DNA of 41,049 nucleotides from a virus (IMGVR_UViG_3300017751_000049:1-41049), one strand, 5' to 3'; positions 29,437-38,460 are shown, numbered from the stretch's first letter. Notes: a model not told the origin generated them from the sequence alone. Program-made: numbers and translations.

Positions 29437-30291
29437 ATGGCATTCAGTTATCAAACATTAAAAAGATTAACAAATACCGCTGTATTAACGGGTACAATTA
29501 CTCGTGACGATATTGCGGCTGGACAAGTTGATAACACTAAATTAGCAGGTGGTTCTGTTACAGCAGATAAATTAGCTAATAGTGCAGTTGATTTAGGTAG
29601 TAACAAAGTTACAGGTACTACACCATTAAGTAAAGGTGGTACTAACCTAACATCAGTAGGTGCTAGTGGAACTTCATTGGCAGCCAATAGTTCAGGAAAC
29701 AATTTTACATACAGTGAATACGGTATTAGAAGTATGCAAGTATTTACAGGCGGCGGCACTTGGAATAGACCAAGTGGTGTTAGATATGTACATGTACAAG
29801 TACAAGCATCAGGCGGTGGCGGAGGCGGACACGGCGAAAGTGGTGGCGCAGGTGGCTACTCAGAAAGAATTCTTGATGTAAGTGGTATTAGTTCAGTTAG
29901 TATTAGTCTTAGTGGCGCCGGTGGCGGCACTTACTATTCCGGCGCTGCCGGTAACGCAGGTGGCACATCATTTGGCAACTATTGTAGTGCAAGTGGTGGC
30001 TATGGCGCTAATAGAAACAATCAACATTCAGGTGGATTATCTGGCGTAGGTTCAGGTGGTAATTTAAATGTTTATTGTGCAGGTGGAGGTAGTCATCACC
30101 AAAGTTTTGGTCCTGGTGGTACGGCTTATTGGGGTGGTTCAATCGCTTCAGGTCATCCACAGGGTGGACACTTTAGTCACAGACACGAAGGCCATGGCGG
30201 TCGTGGTGCTGGCGGCACAGGTGGTTACTTTACAGGACATAGAGGATCAAACGGTATATCAGGAATGGTAGTTATTACGGAGTATAGATAA
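29437..30291 (+). CDS. Gly/His-rich fibre-tip/adhesin-like protein, paralog 3 (284 aa)
   Basis: Start corrected from 29401 to ATG 29437, which gives MAFSYQTLKRLT and matches the two paralogs. Confidence 0.72.
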   Translation: MAFSYQTLKRLTNTAVLTGTITRDDIAAGQVDNTKLAGGSVTADKLANSAVDLGSNKVTGTTPLSKGGTNLTSVGASGTSLAANSSGNNFTYSEYGIRSMQVFTGGGTWNRPSGVRYVHVQVQASGGGGGGHGESGGAGGYSERILDVSGISSVSISLSGAGGGTYYSGAAGNAGGTSFGNYCSASGGYGANRNNQHSGGLSGVGSGGNLNVYCAGGGSHHQSFGPGGTAYWGGSIASGHPQGGHFSHRHEGHGGRGAGGTGGYFTGHRGSNGISGMVVITEYR

Positions 30292-30292
30292 A

Positions 30293-30820
30293 ATGAAAAA
30301 AGTATTAGTAGGGTTTCAAGGGTTCATACATCAAATTGAAGAACCTGGAGACGAGTATCCGATTTATAACGGACCGGATGCAAAATTTACGTGGGTCAAC
30401 GCACCCGACGAAGTAACACTTGATTGGACATTAGAATTTAGTCCATCAGTAGGCAAGTCAATATGGGTTGAAAGAGTTCAACCAGCGGCAGACAAAGAAG
30501 TTGCAAGAAAAGTTGCATACGGAACTGTTGAAGCACAACTAGACATGATATATCATGAGCTACAAGACACTGGATCACTAAGTCCAACAGGTCCTTGGGC
30601 AAGTCATATTACACTAGTTAAAAATACATTAGACGCACCAGACGCTAGTGTTGAAACAATGAGTCCTGAGGAACAAATGGCTGTAATGGCTGTAATGGAA
30701 CCATCAGCAGATGAACTTCCAAAATTAGGAACTGAAGATGATCCACCGTGGGTACATTGTGATGACTGGCCAGGAATGGAAGGTCAACCAATAGACGTTC
30801 AACCAGGGGAGGAAGCATAA
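30293..30820 (+). CDS. Tail-fibre assembly/chaperone-like protein (175 aa)
   Basis: RKVAYGTVEAQLDMIYH...GPWASHITLVKN resembles the R-x-x-AY...QLD-x-LYH...W...I-x-x-VK motif of genes that follow phage fibre genes. Position is consistent. Confidence 0.5.
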   Translation: MKKVLVGFQGFIHQIEEPGDEYPIYNGPDAKFTWVNAPDEVTLDWTLEFSPSVGKSIWVERVQPAADKEVARKVAYGTVEAQLDMIYHELQDTGSLSPTGPWASHITLVKNTLDAPDASVETMSPEEQMAVMAVMEPSADELPKLGTEDDPPWVHCDDWPGMEGQPIDVQPGEEA

Positions 30821-31044
30821 TGCCAACATTAATAGCAATTAGTCCTGTTAACATTCATAATGTAAACAAGGGTAAAGACGCAAGTGTTCCTTTAGTTAGC
30901 TTTGAAAAGAACAATAATATGGTTGTTGAGTTATATGATTCACAAGTTACAATGACATACGATGTAACTGATTCTTTATATAAAGCAACTGGACCATTAA
31001 ACGATTCTTGGACAGCAACTGGCCCAACATTTAGAGTAGAATAG
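30820..31044 (+). CDS. Hypothetical protein (74 aa)
   Basis: TAATG overlap with the previous gene and GGAGG RBS; last gene before the hairpin. Confidence 0.65.
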   Translation: MPTLIAISPVNIHNVNKGKDASVPLVSFEKNNNMVVELYDSQVTMTYDVTDSLYKATGPLNDSWTATGPTFRVE

Positions 31045-31055
31045 AATACTAAAAT

Positions 31056-31082
31056 AGAGAAGAGTGTTATGCACTCTTTTCT
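31056..31082 (+). terminator. Hairpin, putative terminator ending the fibre operon
   Basis: AGAGAAGAGTG (31056-31066) pairs with CACTCTTTTCT (31072-31082): 11 bp with one G-U and a 5-nt loop. There is no separate long U tract. Confidence 0.55.
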
Positions 31083-31104
31083 CGCCTCTGCAAGTCTATA
31101 CTTC

Positions 31105-31112
31105 TATAAATA
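31105..31112 (+). promoter_or_regulatory. T4-like late promoter (TATAAATA) for the enzyme cluster
   Basis: Perfect consensus between the hairpin and the AGGAG RBS of ORF 31137. Confidence 0.72.
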
Positions 31113-31136
31113 TTTGCTAGTATACAGGAGCCTTAC

Positions 31137-32732
31137 ATGAAAATTAAAACAGTTACTATTATTGGCGGTGGCAGTTCAGGATGGATGAGCGCGGCAGCTT
31201 TAAGCAAACTTTGTCCACATTTAGAAGTTACAGTTGTTGAATCAAAAGATGTTCCTACAGTAGGAGTAGGCGAATCTACGCTTGGACATTTTAATACATA
31301 TTTACAGCTTCTTGGGCTCAAAGATGAAGATTGGATGCCTGCATGTAAAGCAACATATAAGAATAGTATTCGCTTTACAAACTTTGCAAAGAAAGACGGC
31401 AAGTCTTTTGAATATCCATTTATATCAGGGTTTGACTGGTCGTATACTCCAAATGGTTTAAATGATTGGGGCGAACTTGCCGCACTATTTCCAGATGAAT
31501 TTGACAACACAAGTTTTGCAAAAATGTATGCTCCGTCTAATACATTACTAGCAATGTATAACAAAGAAGATAATAATGCTAATGGAAATTTAGGTCCAAA
31601 TTATGACTTTGCAAATGATACAGCTTATCATTTAGATGCACAGTTATTTGGTCAATATTTAAAAGAAACTATATGTATACCAAATGGTGTTAAAATTATT
31701 GAAAACACAATACATTCTTACGATGTAGATGATAAAGAAAACATTACTAAAATACTGTGCAAAGACGGAAGTACACTATACTCAGACTTATGGATAGATT
31801 GTACAGGCTTTAAATCAATGTTATTAGAAAAATGGATGGGCGAAGAGTTCAAGACATTTGAAGATAAACTGGCAAATGATGCGGCATGGGCAGTTAGAAT
31901 TCCATATACAGATAGAGAAAATCAGTTAGAAAATGTAACTGATTGTACAGCATTAGATAATGGATGGGTATGGAATATTCCTTTATGGGATAGAATTGGT
32001 ACTGGGTATGTGTTTAGTACTAGATTTGTAGAACCAAACACAGCTCTAAGAGAATTTTTAAAACACATAAAAGAGCGTTATCCTGATATTGATTTAGATA
32101 CTGTTGAACCTTTTTATATTCCAATTAAGCATGGCTATAGAAGAAAAGCATGGTCAAAAAATGTAGTAGGTATTGGACTTAGTTATGGATTTGTAGAACC
32201 TTTAGAATCAACAGGACTTCTTACTACACATGAAAATATTATTAAATTAGTCGACACGTTAAATAGACGAGAAGGCTATACTACTCAAATTGAGCGTGAT
32301 GCATTTAACGGAATGTGTCAAAAAAATGTTCTTACATTTAGAGATTTTGTTGCTATGCATTATGCAGGAAGTGGCAGAACAGATACAAATTACTGGCGAT
32401 GGGCTACACAAAAGAATCAATATGCTCCAACTATACTTGGTCCAAGAATGATTAGAAATGCTAATATAGAAAATTTCTTTGGCGCTATTCAAGAACATGT
32501 AATGCTTGATATTGATCAAGGTGCTAATTTTATTGGCGCAGGCTTAGGAGTAAAACCAGTTAGTACTCCTGAATATGTATATGTTAAAAACAGAGGCGAT
32601 GTAAAACATCTTCATAAAATAAAAGACGCATATCAAGATAATTTTAAAAAGTTAGAAACATATGTTAAAGGCTTGCCAAGTACATACGAATATTTAAGAG
32701 ACAATATTTACAAGGATATTGATGCGAACTAA
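31137..32732 (+). CDS. Flavin-dependent halogenase, tryptophan halogenase (PrnA/RebH) family (531 aa)
   Basis: GGGSSGW FAD motif, VGVGEST, ATYKNSIRF (Lys at the PrnA K79-equivalent position), AYHLDA, WIDCTGF, GWVWNIP (WxWxIP) and FVEPLESTG. Confidence 0.92.
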   Translation: MKIKTVTIIGGGSSGWMSAAALSKLCPHLEVTVVESKDVPTVGVGESTLGHFNTYLQLLGLKDEDWMPACKATYKNSIRFTNFAKKDGKSFEYPFISGFDWSYTPNGLNDWGELAALFPDEFDNTSFAKMYAPSNTLLAMYNKEDNNANGNLGPNYDFANDTAYHLDAQLFGQYLKETICIPNGVKIIENTIHSYDVDDKENITKILCKDGSTLYSDLWIDCTGFKSMLLEKWMGEEFKTFEDKLANDAAWAVRIPYTDRENQLENVTDCTALDNGWVWNIPLWDRIGTGYVFSTRFVEPNTALREFLKHIKERYPDIDLDTVEPFYIPIKHGYRRKAWSKNVVGIGLSYGFVEPLESTGLLTTHENIIKLVDTLNRREGYTTQIERDAFNGMCQKNVLTFRDFVAMHYAGSGRTDTNYWRWATQKNQYAPTILGPRMIRNANIENFFGAIQEHVMLDIDQGANFIGAGLGVKPVSTPEYVYVKNRGDVKHLHKIKDAYQDNFKKLETYVKGLPSTYEYLRDNIYKDIDAN

Positions 32733-34323
32733 AACAGTATGCATAGTTGGAGGTGGCAGTTCAGGATGGATGTCAGCTTCCGCCCTAGCAAAACTATGTC
32801 CCCATATTAATGTAAAACTTGTTGAATCACCTAATATTAAAACAGTAGGAGTAGGCGAATCCACTCTTGGTCAAATTACTTTGTTTTTAGACTATTTAGG
32901 TTTAGACGATGAAGATTGGATGTCACACTGTGATGCTACATATAAAAATAGCATACGCTTTACTAATTTTAAAAACAATGACGGTACTAGTTTTCAATAC
33001 CCCTTTAGTGACGGATTAGATTATACTAATAAAGAAGGTGTTAATACATGGTCAGAACTTGCCGCATTATATCCAGACGAATTTACTTCTGATACGTTTG
33101 CTAAGTTTTATGCAACAGTACCTACATACATATCAGATTATAATAAACAAACTAGAAATGCAACAAATAAATTTCGACATTACAACTTTAAGTGGGATAC
33201 AGCATACCACGTTGATGCACAAAAGTTTGGCGACTATTTAAAAACACATATTTCTATACCTGCAGGCGTAGAACACATTGTAGGTGATGTAGTTTCTTAT
33301 CATAAAAACGATGAAGGTTATGTTGATACAATAAGATTAGATAACGGTAAAACTATAAAAGCGGATCTATGGATTGATTGTACAGGTTTTAAATCTATGA
33401 TGCTAGAAGGTTGGATGGGATCAAAGTTTAAAAGTTTTGATACACATTTATTTAATGATAGTGCATGGGCATGTCGTATACCGTACGAAGACCGAGAACA
33501 AGAAATGCACAATTATACAGACTGTCATGCATTAAGTTCGGGTTGGGTATGGAACATTCCTTTATGGAGTAGAATTGGTACTGGGTATGTATATTCGTCT
33601 AAGTTTCTTTCAAAAGAAGAAGCAAAGCAAGAATTTATCGAACATTTAAAAACTACAGGATCTAAGGAACGTGCTGAAAATGCAGAAATGCATCACATTG
33701 AAATGCGTCACGGAAGACGTGAAAGAGGCTGGATCAATAACGTAGTTGGTGTAGGACTTAGTTATGGATTTGTAGAACCGTTAGAGTCTACCGGACTACT
33801 AACTACACACGAAAATATTACTAAAGTTGTTGAAATATTAAATAGACGCAATGGGTTTGTAAGTAGAACAGAAAAAGAAGGCTTTAATTATGCAGTTGAA
33901 AACGAAGTATTAAAGTTTAGAGATTTTGTATCTACACACTATAGTTTGTCAACAAGAGATGATACGCCGTACTGGAGATACTGTACTGATCAGCACGAAT
34001 ATTATCCAGATTATTTTAATGATTACGTATCAAAAAACAGTCAATATCCTAATCTTATTGGCAGTGTTACTATATCAAAAACTTATGTAGATAGCAGTTT
34101 TATTGCTCCGTTGTTCATTGCCGCTGGCATGGGATTTAAACCTATTTCAACAAAAGAAATGATACATCCTACTAAACTTGAGCCTTTAAAAGAAATAAGA
34201 CAACTACATCAAGAGTATGAATCTTGGGTTAAAGAAGAAGTTAGTAAGTTACCTTCACATTATAAATTTTTACTAAAACAAATATATAAAGGTGTAGACA
34301 AATATGCTATTCAAGAAAAGTAA
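32722..34323 (+). CDS. Flavin-dependent halogenase, tryptophan halogenase family, second copy (533 aa)
   Basis: Same full motif set. ATG 32722 with AAGGA RBS is preferred over TTG 32719. Confidence 0.92.
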   Translation: MRTKTVCIVGGGSSGWMSASALAKLCPHINVKLVESPNIKTVGVGESTLGQITLFLDYLGLDDEDWMSHCDATYKNSIRFTNFKNNDGTSFQYPFSDGLDYTNKEGVNTWSELAALYPDEFTSDTFAKFYATVPTYISDYNKQTRNATNKFRHYNFKWDTAYHVDAQKFGDYLKTHISIPAGVEHIVGDVVSYHKNDEGYVDTIRLDNGKTIKADLWIDCTGFKSMMLEGWMGSKFKSFDTHLFNDSAWACRIPYEDREQEMHNYTDCHALSSGWVWNIPLWSRIGTGYVYSSKFLSKEEAKQEFIEHLKTTGSKERAENAEMHHIEMRHGRRERGWINNVVGVGLSYGFVEPLESTGLLTTHENITKVVEILNRRNGFVSRTEKEGFNYAVENEVLKFRDFVSTHYSLSTRDDTPYWRYCTDQHEYYPDYFNDYVSKNSQYPNLIGSVTISKTYVDSSFIAPLFIAAGMGFKPISTKEMIHPTKLEPLKEIRQLHQEYESWVKEEVSKLPSHYKFLLKQIYKGVDKYAIQEK

Positions 34324-35074
34324 GCCTTGGATAAGATTTTATAGTCTTGAAAAAGGTGTAGCTGATTTATATCCTATTAAACCGTCTAGTAGTTTTAGAC
34401 GCGACTGGATGCGAACAACTAGTACTACAGATGATCCTGAACAAACATACACACAAAATTGCCCAGGTATAAAATTAATGACTGGTGCAGGATACACATT
34501 ATGCGCTCCTGCAGACTTTTCAATACACACAAACGGCGATGGATCTAGCTTTCAGTGGCAAGAGCCTACAAAGTTTAGTCATGAAAAAGATGATAATCCG
34601 TCATACGTAAATCATCATAATGAAGTACAAACAATACCAACACTTGACAATAAACAAGATACGTTACATACTGTAATAAAATTAGATACACCATGGCGCT
34701 TTGAATGCTCCGATGATATAATGCTTTTACAAATGCCTTTCACATACAACAATGAAAGTAGATTTGTAGCGGCACACGGTGTAATAGACCCTAGATATGC
34801 ACACGTATTAAATGTACAATTATACTGGAAAGTATTAAATGGTACAACATACGTAGAAGCCGGAACACCATTAGTGCAGTACATTCCTGTACAGCGTTCT
34901 TGGTTAAATGCATCAGGAATTGATTTAGATGTTACTGATGCTACTGAAAAAGACATAGATGTAGAGAAACGATTTAATTATTGTATGTCATCTAGTTTTC
35001 ATAGAAAAGATTCGTTAAAGTCTAGACTACAACGAGTTAGAAATATTTTAAATAAGTATAAACATAGGAGATAA
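34304..35074 (+). CDS. Conserved phage protein, DUF6065-like/dUTPase-like beta fold (256 aa)
   Basis: CPGI...GY-L-AP-DF...KLDTPW...GVID...AGTPLVQYIP pattern, which I recall from phage oxygenase clusters. Function unknown. Confidence 0.5.
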   Translation: MLFKKSKPWIRFYSLEKGVADLYPIKPSSSFRRDWMRTTSTTDDPEQTYTQNCPGIKLMTGAGYTLCAPADFSIHTNGDGSSFQWQEPTKFSHEKDDNPSYVNHHNEVQTIPTLDNKQDTLHTVIKLDTPWRFECSDDIMLLQMPFTYNNESRFVAAHGVIDPRYAHVLNVQLYWKVLNGTTYVEAGTPLVQYIPVQRSWLNASGIDLDVTDATEKDIDVEKRFNYCMSSSFHRKDSLKSRLQRVRNILNKYKHRR

Positions 35075-35076
35075 AA

Positions 35077-35340
35077 ATGGCAGATTATTATGACAGCCTA
35101 ACGGCAGCAAAAGAAAGCGTAGAAGCAGACCTTACTGCAAGAAAAGAAGAGCTTGCAAAATTAGAAGAAGATCTAAGCGATCAAAAAATAAACCCTTATG
35201 GAATTACTAATATTGACTTTAGTAAGAGATTAGAGTTAGTAGAAGATATCACGAAAATGGAAGGTGTTGTTATGGGCCTTCAATTAGCACAGGATACTTT
35301 TGTTGCAAATGCAGGACAAACCAATACCGTCGACGGATAA
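35077..35340 (+). CDS. Small acidic coiled-coil hypothetical protein (87 aa)
   Basis: AGGAG RBS; heptad-like LTAAKESVEADLTARKEELAKLEEDL. Confidence 0.65.
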   Translation: MADYYDSLTAAKESVEADLTARKEELAKLEEDLSDQKINPYGITNIDFSKRLELVEDITKMEGVVMGLQLAQDTFVANAGQTNTVDG

Positions 35341-35914
35341 TATAGTAAATCCGTTTCCGCCCTACATATTTAAGTACCACTATGACTTTAACTGGCCTTT
35401 AATTAAAGACTCAGTAAATGCATGTATTGAATCTACTCCTAATGTTTCGGCATTAGAAGTAGGGCAATCAACTTCAACGTTGCACGAACAAGCAAGGCCA
35501 CCGCATGAATGGCAAGACAAAACATTCTATGATTTTTTTCAATGGTTAAATGTACCGTTAACTGAAGTATGGAATGCAATGAACCATCAGTTTTTTAATA
35601 AGAACCCTGGTTATATAAATTCTTGGTTTAATAGACATCAGCATACAGGACAAACTATTGAACATCAACATGCGTATACTGAACTAGTAGTTACTTGTTA
35701 CTTACAATTACCTAAAGACAGTGGATTTATAGAATTTAGAGATCCACTAGAATATCATAAAGCACATACTCCAATTATACACGAAAAAGAATTGTGGAAA
35801 GAAGTTCCAGCAGTAACAGGAGATATACTAATATTTCCTGGTTGGCTCAAACACCGCACACAGCCAAACACAACAGACAATGATAGAATAGTCATGACTG
35901 TTAATGTTGGATAG
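35309..35914 (+). CDS. Fe(II)/2OG oxygenase, TIGR02466-like family
   Basis: SWFN...HQH...YL..P..SG.IEF.DP...GDILIFPGWLKH...RI...N. The start is uncertain (ATG 35309 versus TTG 35300). Confidence 0.8.
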   Translation: MQDKPIPSTDNIVNPFPPYIFKYHYDFNWPLIKDSVNACIESTPNVSALEVGQSTSTLHEQARPPHEWQDKTFYDFFQWLNVPLTEVWNAMNHQFFNKNPGYINSWFNRHQHTGQTIEHQHAYTELVVTCYLQLPKDSGFIEFRDPLEYHKAHTPIIHEKELWKEVPAVTGDILIFPGWLKHRTQPNTTDNDRIVMTVNVG

Positions 35915-35934
35915 CACAACAAATAAGTATATAT

Positions 35935-36525
35935 GTGATGAATACAGATTATTATTTTCCAACACCTATATGGTGGCAAGATACTTCTATTAATTTAGAA
36001 CCTCTTCGTGCGCTCTGTTCTAATATTAAAGAAACAGACAAAGGAAGACAAATGAGTAATTTTGGCGGATGGCAAAGTAATGATATACTTATAGGCGATC
36101 ATACTGCAACAGACGAATTTGCTAAATTTATTGAACAGCAAAGTATAAAGTGTATACAAGACTTTGGTTATGCTCCTAGTACACAACTAAAAATAAGTAA
36201 TATGTGGTTTAGCAGTAATAATGATAATGCGTTTAATCAAGTGCATAATCATGCAGGAGCATTTATAAGTGGAACTTTTTATATAGACGTACCTCAAAGT
36301 TCAGGTGAGATTATTTTTTATAGGAATTCACATGAAGAATATATAATATCAGGCGCGGCACCAATAGTACAACATACTGCTATTAGTGGAGCAACATGTA
36401 GATACCAGCCTAGAGAAGCAAGACTAGTTATGTTTCCAGGATTCTTACAACACGCAGTAATGCCAACACCTAGTAAAGAAGATAGAGTGTCAATGTCGTT
36501 TAATATGAGGGTCGTAAATGTTTGA
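35935..36525 (+). CDS. Fe(II)/2OG oxygenase, TIGR02466-like family
   Basis: FPTPIW...SNFGGWQS...MWF...HNH...ISGTFY...FPGFLQHAV...RVSMSFN. Start is GTG 35935 or ATG 35938. Confidence 0.85.
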   Translation: MMNTDYYFPTPIWWQDTSINLEPLRALCSNIKETDKGRQMSNFGGWQSNDILIGDHTATDEFAKFIEQQSIKCIQDFGYAPSTQLKISNMWFSSNNDNAFNQVHNHAGAFISGTFYIDVPQSSGEIIFYRNSHEEYIISGAAPIVQHTAISGATCRYQPREARLVMFPGFLQHAVMPTPSKEDRVSMSFNMRVVNV

Positions 36526-37237
36526 TAATTTAGGACAAGTAATAGTAAATGAAACAAATTTATTATTTGAAGATAAGCCTCATTACTTTAAAGGTTTAAT
36601 GAATAAAGAAATTGAACATATTGCTTCTTGGAAAACTATCGAAGAGTGTATAAACAATCCGCAATTTTATAATTATGAAATTGTTGGTAAAGACAGTATG
36701 AAGAAAGACATACCGTGTTCGCAAAAGTCTTGGGTAACAGATAAACTAGTACAAGACAAACGCTATGTTGCAAATTGTGTTAAAGATGGTGATACTCTTA
36801 TAATAACAAATTATGGATTTAATAATAGTACTGTAAATCATTTACTAGGTACTATAGAAAATATATTTGATGTTAATGCCGCCGCACATTTATATTGTGG
36901 CAAAGCTAAAGGAACCAAATCTTTTAACATACACGAAGACTATCCTGCTAATTTTATTTGTCAAATTGAAGGCAAAACTATATGGAAAGTATTCAATAAC
37001 AGAATTAGTTACTTGTATAAAACAGGCACAATGAATAATCAATTAACGGAAGATATGTTAGATACTGCAATTGATGTAGTGTTAGAACCAGGAGATGTTT
37101 TATACATTCCTAGTAGAGCATATCATGTTGCAGTGCCTAAGGACGAACAAAGGATTTCATTATCAATTCCTTGTTGGAATAGATTTCCAACAGATCCAAT
37201 AGACAATTCCGTTGATAGAAACTATTATACTATTTAA
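36518..37237 (+). CDS. JmjC/Cupin_4 (YcfD/ROXA-like) 2OG oxygenase (239 aa)
   Basis: AHLY...SFNIHED...FICQIEGKTIWKV...LEPGDVLYIP...YHVA: HxD...H triad in a JmjC sequence context. Confidence 0.8.
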   Translation: MFDNLGQVIVNETNLLFEDKPHYFKGLMNKEIEHIASWKTIEECINNPQFYNYEIVGKDSMKKDIPCSQKSWVTDKLVQDKRYVANCVKDGDTLIITNYGFNNSTVNHLLGTIENIFDVNAAAHLYCGKAKGTKSFNIHEDYPANFICQIEGKTIWKVFNNRISYLYKTGTMNNQLTEDMLDTAIDVVLEPGDVLYIPSRAYHVAVPKDEQRISLSIPCWNRFPTDPIDNSVDRNYYTI

Positions 37238-37247
37238 GGAGAATGAT

Positions 37248-37838
37248 ATGATAACAAATGATATTATAAAACAAACTGGTATCGTTGATGACGAGGTTTT
37301 AAAAGACCTATGGGATACTGTTACTGATGTAAAATTTGACTGGCATTACATGCCTGATATAACTTGGGAAAATGGTAGAAAACCTACAACACCTACTCCA
37401 GGATTTGCTCACCTACTATTTCATAGAGACACAGGCGAAGCTTCACCATATTTAGAAAAGTTTAAACCAGTACTAGATAGAATGTGTTGGAAAGCTGACA
37501 TAGAATTAGAAGAAGTAATTAGACTTCGTTTAGGATTTTTAATGAATACTAGATATAATTTTCCAAGTCAAGCATATGCACATAATGAGCCACATGTAGA
37601 CTTTCCAGGTGAAGATCATTACACAGCATGTTTTTATTTAAATGATACAGATGGCGAAACAATAATATTTCATCAAAGAGAAAAAGCAGAAAGATATCAA
37701 GTTGCTGAAAGAAGCATGCCAATAAAAAATTCAGCAATAATTTTTGATGGTGGTAGATATCACGCTAGTACATGTCCAAAAATAAGAGACACACGTATTG
37801 TACTAACAATGAATTTTAAAGGCAAACGCAGTGCATAA
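37248..37838 (+). CDS. Fe(II)/2OG oxygenase (phage PHxD type)
   Basis: PHVD...YLNDTDGET...FDGGRYHAS...R-VL-MNF. Start corrected to ATG 37248 after AAGGAG. Confidence 0.8.
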   Translation: MITNDIIKQTGIVDDEVLKDLWDTVTDVKFDWHYMPDITWENGRKPTTPTPGFAHLLFHRDTGEASPYLEKFKPVLDRMCWKADIELEEVIRLRLGFLMNTRYNFPSQAYAHNEPHVDFPGEDHYTACFYLNDTDGETIIFHQREKAERYQVAERSMPIKNSAIIFDGGRYHASTCPKIRDTRIVLTMNFKGKRSA

Positions 37839-38460
37839 CTTTAAAAACAAACGAGCCAAACCATTAGCACCTCAATTAATAGTTGATAACTTTTTTGAGA
37901 TGCCGCAAACATTGCGAGATTGGACTATGGCTCAAGAGTTTTTTAAAGGCGAAAGAGGAAGTTGGCCTGGCATTAGGACCAAGTTACTTGACGAATTAAA
38001 TACAGAACTTGTTGACTTATTAAAAAGTAAACTTCTTGCATTATATCCACAGTTTGAGGACTTTAGTGATATTGATTGTTCGTTACAAGTTATTGGTGAA
38101 GAATGGGGTCAAGGTTGGGTGCATGATGATAACTCCGTTCATGTTCTTGCAGGTATAGTATTTTTAACTCCTTATCCTAAACCTGATTCAGGTAACACAA
38201 CTTATATGCAACAAGACGATGTCAGTACAGATATATACGATGATGCATTTGTGTCTGATATGAAATTAGATGCTGATCATAAAGCGTTTGAAAAGTATAG
38301 ATTAGAACAGCGTAGTAAGTTTACACCTTCTGTAGTTGTTGAAAATAGATTCAATAGACTTATAGCATTTGATCCTAGAATGTGGCATAGTGCAAATAAT
38401 TTCTTTGGAACTACAAAAGAGAATGGTAGATTAACATTGGTATTTTTTTGTAATGAATAG
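37831..38460 (+). CDS. Fe(II)/2OG oxygenase, DUF6445-like (209 aa)
   Basis: IVDNFF..P...WPGIRT...WVHDD...AGIVFL...ENRFNRL...WHSA...GRLTLVFF. Confidence 0.75.
   Translation: MHNFKNKRAKPLAPQLIVDNFFEMPQTLRDWTMAQEFFKGERGSWPGIRTKLLDELNTELVDLLKSKLLALYPQFEDFSDIDCSLQVIGEEWGQGWVHDDNSVHVLAGIVFLTPYPKPDSGNTTYMQQDDVSTDIYDDAFVSDMKLDADHKAFEKYRLEQRSKFTPSVVVENRFNRLIAFDPRMWHSANNFFGTTKENGRLTLVFFCNE

Noticed and set aside
28339-30271. Three similar alternative-frame + strand ORFs (28339, 29206, 30068) as RiPP precursor peptides
   Set aside because: They are out-of-frame shadows of the conserved Gly/His domain and lack credible starts; their similarity follows from the paralogy of the main frame.
27705-30291. 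Diversity-generating retroelement or invertase shufflon acting on the three repeats
   Set aside because: No reverse transcriptase or recombinase is in the window, differences are not adenine-specific, all copies are intact same-strand genes, and I saw no inverted crossover sites.
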